A stretch of DNA of 64,000 bases from IMG/VR virus record IMGVR_UViG_3300042878_000903, positions 45,969 to 109,968 of that record; one strand, 5' to 3'. This document shows, one piece after another, positions 59,426 through 64,000 of this stretch. The stretch comes from a virus. The notes below the pieces were generated by a model. It did no database searches. It worked only from the letters and a program-made list of their open reading frames with translations, and was not told where the DNA came from. The position numbers and the translations under genes were made by a program. Position 1 is the first letter of the stretch. Every line of letters begins with the position of its first letter.

Positions 59426-59613
59426 TGACCCGTAAAGATTATATTGCTACTGCTGAAATTCTAAATTATGCTAGTAATAAAATTCACCCTGCTGTTTTTT
59501 CTAAAGTCGTAAATGATTTCGCAGAAATGTTTGCGAAAGATAATGAGCGATTTGATGTAACAAGATTTCACAAAGCGAGTGGGTATCGTGTTCCTAACTT
59601 CTCTTCAAAATAA
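59422..59613 (+). CDS. early small protein (MTRKDY...DN.RFD..RF type)
   Basis: Motif common in phage early regions. Confidence 0.65.
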   Translation: MMTRKDYIATAEILNYASNKIHPAVFSKVVNDFAEMFAKDNERFDVTRFHKASGYRVPNFSSK

Positions 59614-59719
59614 AGTAAAACGAATTCAGGAATTGCGCCGTAGTAATGCGGCGCAACCTGTTCGCAATAAAAAAAAATACACACGCAAAATAAAACATAA
59701 AAAATCTGATCTAATATAA
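59588..59719 (+). CDS. basic microprotein, ArfA-like C-terminus
   Basis: Not in ORF track; GTG start; IQELRRSNAAQPVRNKKKYTRKIKHKK. Confidence 0.5.
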   Translation: MFLTSLQNKVKRIQELRRSNAAQPVRNKKKYTRKIKHKKSDLI

Positions 59720-59889
59720 TATCGGGCGTGTCGCAGCTTGCAACGCAGTCGGGCGTGTCGCCCGCATAGGTGCGGGGTCGGGCGTGTCGTTAAGAGTGTG
59801 ATTAAAAACACCCTGAAAACTGGGGTGTTTTGTAATAAATGTCAGTCAGACCTGATATACTATCAATTCAACCAACGAAAGGTCAACTT

Positions 59890-60033
59890 ATGAATATATG
59901 CGAAGACTTCCCATGCTGCGGGCACGAAATGAATGATTGCGATGGATCTCTTTATGGATCCGATGAAGCTATTAAGCAAGATATGTGGCGCATGATGTCA
60001 CGCATGGCCGATGCAGAAATGGGGGATTTATAA
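59890..60033 (+). CDS. early microprotein with CEDFPCCGH motif
   Basis: Start after GAAAGG RBS. Confidence 0.6.
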   Translation: MNICEDFPCCGHEMNDCDGSLYGSDEAIKQDMWRMMSRMADAEMGDL

Positions 60034-60062
60034 TGTCAGACCTAACCGATATAATTGCCCCT

Positions 60063-60785
60063 ATGGTAAAATTAAAAAGATCTAATGATAGAAAGGTGGC
60101 TAACCTTGTCACAAAAAATGGAAAGCAAGCCGCAATTGCGAACACGTTCGGATTACCCGCAGGAAAAGATTTTTCATGTCCTGGTGCTACGTCTATCTGT
60201 GAGACTGTTTGCTACGCTGGGAAACTTGAAAAACTATACAAAGCAGTAAAGGCTAACTTATTACACAATTGGGAATTGTTACGCAATGCGGACAATGACA
60301 CAATGGTGGCCCTATTGGATGATATGATCATAGATTTTATTGCTGATTGTGATAAAAAAAATGCGCCTAAGTTATTCCGTATCCACTGGGACGGAGATTT
60401 TTTTAACGATACCTATACATATGCGTGGAAGACTGTTATTGAAAAGCATTCAGATATTCAATTTTGGGTGTATACACGTGTCAAGGACGCAGCGCTTATT
60501 CTAAAAGATATATCTAATCTATCACTGTACTATTCAACGGATGATGAGAATAAAGAAATTGCATTCGATTTGAAAACTAATTCTAAAATTCGGCTTGCCT
60601 ATCTAGGAAAAACATTTTCTGCTACCGAAGATACAATGAAAGAATTAACGGGTAAGCCTGGCGCTAAGTGCCCTGAAAATATGAAAAGTATTCCGCTTAT
60701 CTCAAGCGCAGGCAGTGCGTGTGTATCATGTGGCCTGTGTGTTTATGGTAAAGCAGATATAAGATTTTCTGCGAGTAAAAAATAA
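60063..60785 (+). CDS. Gp88-like protein (radical-SAM-like Cys pattern)
   Basis: FGLPAG...SCPGAT..C...CYA, FRIHWDGDF, FWVYTR, C-terminal CP...C..C..C; probable leaderless start 7 nt after TATAAT. Confidence 0.75.
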   Translation: MVKLKRSNDRKVANLVTKNGKQAAIANTFGLPAGKDFSCPGATSICETVCYAGKLEKLYKAVKANLLHNWELLRNADNDTMVALLDDMIIDFIADCDKKNAPKLFRIHWDGDFFNDTYTYAWKTVIEKHSDIQFWVYTRVKDAALILKDISNLSLYYSTDDENKEIAFDLKTNSKIRLAYLGKTFSATEDTMKELTGKPGAKCPENMKSIPLISSAGSACVSCGLCVYGKADIRFSASKK

Positions 60786-60880
60786 TGTATGAGGTGATTG
60801 GTGTTATTGGCGGATCAATGATGATTCTTATATCTATTCTGCCAATTTTATTAGCCGCATATGTAATAACCAAGCTGTAA
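60785..60880 (+). CDS. membrane microprotein
   Basis: MYEVIGVIGGSMMILISILPILLAAYVITKL. Confidence 0.45.
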   Translation: MYEVIGVIGGSMMILISILPILLAAYVITKL

Positions 60881-61068
60881 CGGCGTGTCGGCTTGACAAA
60901 TTAGCAAGCTCCCGCACATATCTGCGGGGTTATCCACAGGGTTATGAGGGTTATCCACAACCCCTGGAATTGTGAGTATTATCACAAAAGCTGAGACACG
61001 CCCATAATGGATTAGGTGATGTCGGTGGCTAATGGTAAAATACTCTTATCCAACAACGAAAGGCTAAA

Positions 61069-61275
61069 ATGAAAACAGTAGAACACTCTCTTAGATTTAT
61101 TACAGAGTTAGATGAGACCAACCCAACCGCACAACGATTACTAGAATTAGATAAAGATATGCAGGCACAATTATTGGAAGGCATGCTACACACTTTACTC
61201 GTTCCCGATATTATGCCACTTATAGATAATCTAAACGCAGGCAACTCTTATGCAACACTAAAGGTTGTGAAATAA
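61069..61275 (+). CDS. early small protein
   Basis: RBS GAAAGG; promoter at 61020. Confidence 0.65.
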   Translation: MKTVEHSLRFITELDETNPTAQRLLELDKDMQAQLLEGMLHTLLVPDIMPLIDNLNAGNSYATLKVVK

Positions 61276-61550
61276 TGTTAGCAACTGCTATCGGGATACT
61301 TGACGCAACCAAAGATAGTATTTTTGACGATGAAATTATGGGATTAGCAGGCGAACTCCATGAACGCAGAAATGAACTATCAGATGAAACTTTTGCTAAG
61401 TATTTATTTATGTATTCCACAGCCCTATCTAGCAAAGTAGCCGACCTAGTAACTAAGGTCTGCCTAAGCAAAGAGGAAATGTCGGTGCTATGCGCTACAA
61501 TAGACGAAATGGACAACCTATCAGAAACTATACTAGAAGAGGATAAATAA
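61275..61550 (+). CDS. early small protein
   Basis: TAATG coupling. Confidence 0.65.
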   Translation: MLATAIGILDATKDSIFDDEIMGLAGELHERRNELSDETFAKYLFMYSTALSSKVADLVTKVCLSKEEMSVLCATIDEMDNLSETILEEDK

Positions 61551-61820
61551 ATGGGAAGCATAACTGCATTAGGAATACAAGATAGTGTGTTAGATTTAGA
61601 AACACAATTAGCCTATCACTTACAAGGTAATCATTACCCGCCCGTTCCAATATCTATGGTGCAACCTTGCATAGATGCTATTGACGCATACTATGATGAG
61701 GATTTTGATCGACAGATAAAGATGCCTGAAGGCGTATCTTATAAAGGATTAGATACAGCCCCCGCTCACGCTATCATAGACCAACACCACTTAGAGTTTT
61801 GGCTACCTGAAAGTGATTAG
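61551..61820 (+). CDS. early small protein (HLQGNHYPPVP...HHL type)
   Basis: His-rich motif; RBS GAGGA. Confidence 0.7.
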   Translation: MGSITALGIQDSVLDLETQLAYHLQGNHYPPVPISMVQPCIDAIDAYYDEDFDRQIKMPEGVSYKGLDTAPAHAIIDQHHLEFWLPESD

Positions 61821-61913
61821 CATCACACACTAATATTCTCAAATACTGAGATAAGGCTAGACTAATGTCAGACCCCAATGCTACAATACAACCTAACAAA
61901 GAAAAGAGGCAAA

Positions 61914-62093
61914 ATGACAATAGAAGGAAAACTCTATCAGGTTGGCGATTTATTCACCACCCTAAAGTCAAAAAGAACAGGTGTTATCAAAGAGATACAC
62001 CCACAGGCATCTGGCTCGGTGCGTGTGCTACTAGAAATGCCAACGAAAGAAACTCGTTGGACTTCAGTATCCGCTAAAACGCTACTGGGCTAG
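61914..62093 (+). CDS. early small SH3-like protein
   Basis: YQVGDL......TGVIKEI...VRV.L...RW; start at MTIEG. Confidence 0.6.
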   Translation: MTIEGKLYQVGDLFTTLKSKRTGVIKEIHPQASGSVRVLLEMPTKETRWTSVSAKTLLG

Positions 62094-62171
62094 TAATTTA
62101 GGGCAGGAGGGTCGTCAGACCCTCCTGCTATAATACTCATAACAACAACCAACCAACGAAAGGAAACACAA

Positions 62172-62594
62172 ATGGCAAGAGGCAAAGCAATACAGGTAAA
62201 AATCGCTACTACTAAGGTTATCAAAGCCTTAGAAACAAGATTAGCCAAATTAGAGGCTGACTATAAAAAGCAAGATGAAAACGAAGCAAAGTTCCAAAAA
62301 TCTATTGAGAAATGGAAAAAGGAACTTTTCTCTTATGCTATCGCCAACATCTCAAAGGCAGAAAACCTACGCACCAATTATCGTGAGTGGACAAAAAATC
62401 TCAATGTAGATTTTGACCTAACAGTAAAAGATGGTGAGTTCCCTGCTGAGCCTCAAAGAGATTTTGAGCAACTACATGCTCATACTTATCGTGAAATGAA
62501 AGAGGAAATGGAAAATGCTATCCGTATTCTCAAAATGACCGATGAGGACACAGTAAGCACAAGCACTTACAACGCTATTGCTCGTTATCTCTAA
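62172..62594 (+). CDS. hypothetical coiled-coil protein
   Basis: GAAAGGA RBS; 140 aa. Confidence 0.7.
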   Translation: MARGKAIQVKIATTKVIKALETRLAKLEADYKKQDENEAKFQKSIEKWKKELFSYAIANISKAENLRTNYREWTKNLNVDFDLTVKDGEFPAEPQRDFEQLHAHTYREMKEEMENAIRILKMTDEDTVSTSTYNAIARYL

Positions 62595-62684
62595 TTAGAT
62601 AATCATAAGGGTGGGTGCGTGGGCGATAGACAACACCCACCCCTTATGGTATAATTTTTATCCCTACTAACAAAGGTAATACAA

Positions 62685-62918
62685 ATGCTAAACAGATTTA
62701 AGATAGAAATGTATGATGAAGTAAAGGCAAATGATTTAACGATTTATTCAGACGAAGGATACGATAACGAAAGTCTAAAAGAACTCGTGTTCTCAAATCT
62801 AAAACGATTTGATGGAAATGTTAAAGCTTTTGTATTTGATCAACAAAACAAAAAGAAAACTTCTGCAGCATTCTTTCCTATGGAAACAGTTAATTACGTA
62901 AAGTCTCTCTGTAAATAA
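62685..62918 (+). CDS. hypothetical protein
   Basis: TAGACA-17-TATAAT promoter (62627-62655) and RBS. Confidence 0.6.
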   Translation: MLNRFKIEMYDEVKANDLTIYSDEGYDNESLKELVFSNLKRFDGNVKAFVFDQQNKKKTSAAFFPMETVNYVKSLCK

Positions 62919-63129
62919 TCTTAGGGCGGGCTTATCTATTTCCCCGCCCTATTTCCCTTAATTTGCCCGCAGAGCTGCGGGGTTATCCACAGTTTTAAGT
63001 GAGGCTGTGGATATCCCTGGAATTCTGTGAGATTACTCACACCGCACAATTCGGACATATTATAACTAATCCTAGACAATGTCAGTGCCACCTGTTATAA
63101 TAAATCTAACAACAAACGAAAGGTAAAAA

Positions 63130-64000
63130 ATGGCTCATAATCTCGAAATCGAAAATGGCGAAGTTGCTTTCGCTCTTCGTGGCGCTCCTGCTTGGCACAA
63201 CCTTGCAAACCGCATCTTCACAAAAGATGAAGAAGTTACAACCGCTACAATGCTTGAAGAGGCAAAGTTAGCAAATTGGAATGTTCGCTTATCTCCAATT
63301 ACTGAATATATCCCAGAATCATTTAAAGATGTATCTGATGCTTCTTTAGTGTTACGCACAAATCCATTCAATGGTGGAACTGATGTTCTCGCAACTGTTG
63401 GCAAGCGTTACAAGCCTGTGCAAAATGAAGAGTTATTTCAATTTGCAGATGCAATTCACGATGCTAACGCCGATTGCCGTTGGGAATCTGCTGGCTCACT
63501 AAAAAAGGGTAAAGTAGTATTTGGAACTGTAGATATTCCACGCACAATGGTATTAGACCCACAAGGCGCTAATGACCAAACAAAACTATACTTAATTGTA
63601 TGGACTTCACACGATGGTTCTGTTGCCGTTCAAGCAGCCGTTACTCCTGTTCGTGTTGTATGCCAAAACACTCTTAATCTTGCGATGAAGAATGCTAAGC
63701 AATCATTCAAGATTCGTCACACACAATCTGTTGAAGGTCGCATTCAGGTTGCTCGTGAAACTCTTGGGCTTGCTCTAGGTTACTTTGATGAATTTGAAAT
63801 TGAGGCTAAGGCTTTATTTGCTCAGGCAATTACTGATGCTGAATTTTCTAAATTGATTCAAACAATTTATCCTAAGCCAGACAAAGATGCAGCAAAAGTT
63901 GCGCTAACTAAATGGGAGAATAAGGTTGTTCTGCTTGATGACCTTTATCATAACTCACCAACTAACGCTACAATCAAGGGAACAAAGTGGGGTGCGTTTA
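63130..64000 (+). CDS. DUF932 (LGT_TIGR03299-type) phage protein, truncated by window edge
   Basis: MAHNLE...PAWHNL, VG.RY.PVQN..LF, ESAGSL..G..V, SHDGS, TPVRVVCQNTL, KIRHT, GTKWGA. Confidence 0.85.
   Translation, partial: MAHNLEIENGEVAFALRGAPAWHNLANRIFTKDEEVTTATMLEEAKLANWNVRLSPITEYIPESFKDVSDASLVLRTNPFNGGTDVLATVGKRYKPVQNEELFQFADAIHDANADCRWESAGSLKKGKVVFGTVDIPRTMVLDPQGANDQTKLYLIVWTSHDGSVAVQAAVTPVRVVCQNTLNLAMKNAKQSFKIRHTQSVEGRIQVARETLGLALGYFDEFEIEAKALFAQAITDAEFSKLIQTIYPKPDKDAAKVALTKWENKVVLLDDLYHNSPTNATIKGTKWGAF

Larger units (their letters stand above)
58433..61002. repeat. GGCGTGTC/GACACGCC repeats (WhiA GACAC-box-like)
   Basis: 58433, 58485, 58540, 58550, 58559, 59018, 59725, 59752, 59781, 60882, reverse copy 60995; variant at 57564. 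Confidence 0.75.
58525..63014. promoter_or_regulatory. DnaA boxes TTATCCACA
   Basis: Perfect at 58525 (reverse), 60930, 60951, 62983; variants at 58565, 63006. Confidence 0.75.
57104..63041. promoter_or_regulatory. dispersed CRP-type boxes TGTGA-N6-TCACA
   Basis: Perfect at 57537, 58407, 60971, 63026; near-perfect at 57104, 58501, 58581, 59797, 61812. Confidence 0.75.
57158..63101 (+). promoter_or_regulatory. 11 dispersed PafBC/RecA-NDp-type promoters TGTCRG-N10-TANNNT
   Basis: Copies start at 57158, 57581, 58646, 59037, 59840, 60034, 61020, 61480, 61866, 62113 (CGTCAG variant), 63080. Confidence 0.8.

Noticed and set aside
58433-61002. CRISPR array interpretation of the GGCGTGTC repeats and scaffold
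   Set aside because: Repeats are 8-12 bp, irregularly spaced and separated by genes; no cas genes.
58525-63014. A single DnaA-dependent replication origin
   Set aside because: Boxes are split into pairs over 4.5 kb with no obvious unwinding element, and the phage encodes its own helicase and primase; not excluded but unsupported.
57516-63404. Minus-strand ORFs in the early region (57516-57710, 58630-58839, 59103-59312, 61220-61561, 63135-63404)
   Set aside because: Antisense to + strand genes that have promoters and RBSs.
1-64000. Stop-codon reassignment
   Set aside because: Long genes are intact under the standard bacterial code and all three stops are used as terminators.

Overview
This window is part of a large, low-GC tailed dsDNA phage (siphovirus-type: long tape measure, no sheath). 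An actinobacterial host is inferred from PafBC-type promoters, WhiA-type boxes, a Gp88-like gene and an r1t-like holin. Layout: (1) 1-5.4 kb (-): replication genes (SSB, primase, DnaB helicase, metallophosphoesterase). (2) 5.5-30.4 kb (-): tail, tape measure, frameshifted tail chaperones, neck, capsid, protease and portal; no terminase is in the window. (3) 30.5-49.9 kb (-): a fibre/adhesin island. It contains two proteins built as N-terminal scaffold + (PPFF)n repeat + atypical C-terminal Hint domain, and a cluster of five prolyl-hydroxylase-type 2OG-Fe(II) oxygenases plus a DUF6065-like gene. (4) 49.9-57 kb: EF-hand holin, class II RNR, lytic transglycosylase, modification enzymes, a candidate structured sRNA and a parS-like site. 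(5) 57-64 kb (+): a putative early region of microproteins. It is driven by 11 copies of the TGTCRG-N10-TANNNT (PafBC/RecA-NDp) promoter, and its intergenic cassettes are packed with DnaA, CRP and WhiA-like boxes inside a fixed-length scaffold. The two best candidates for undescribed systems are the host-regulator site arrays with PafBC promoters, and the PPFF-Hint-oxygenase module. All assignments come from reading motifs by eye; no database searches were run.
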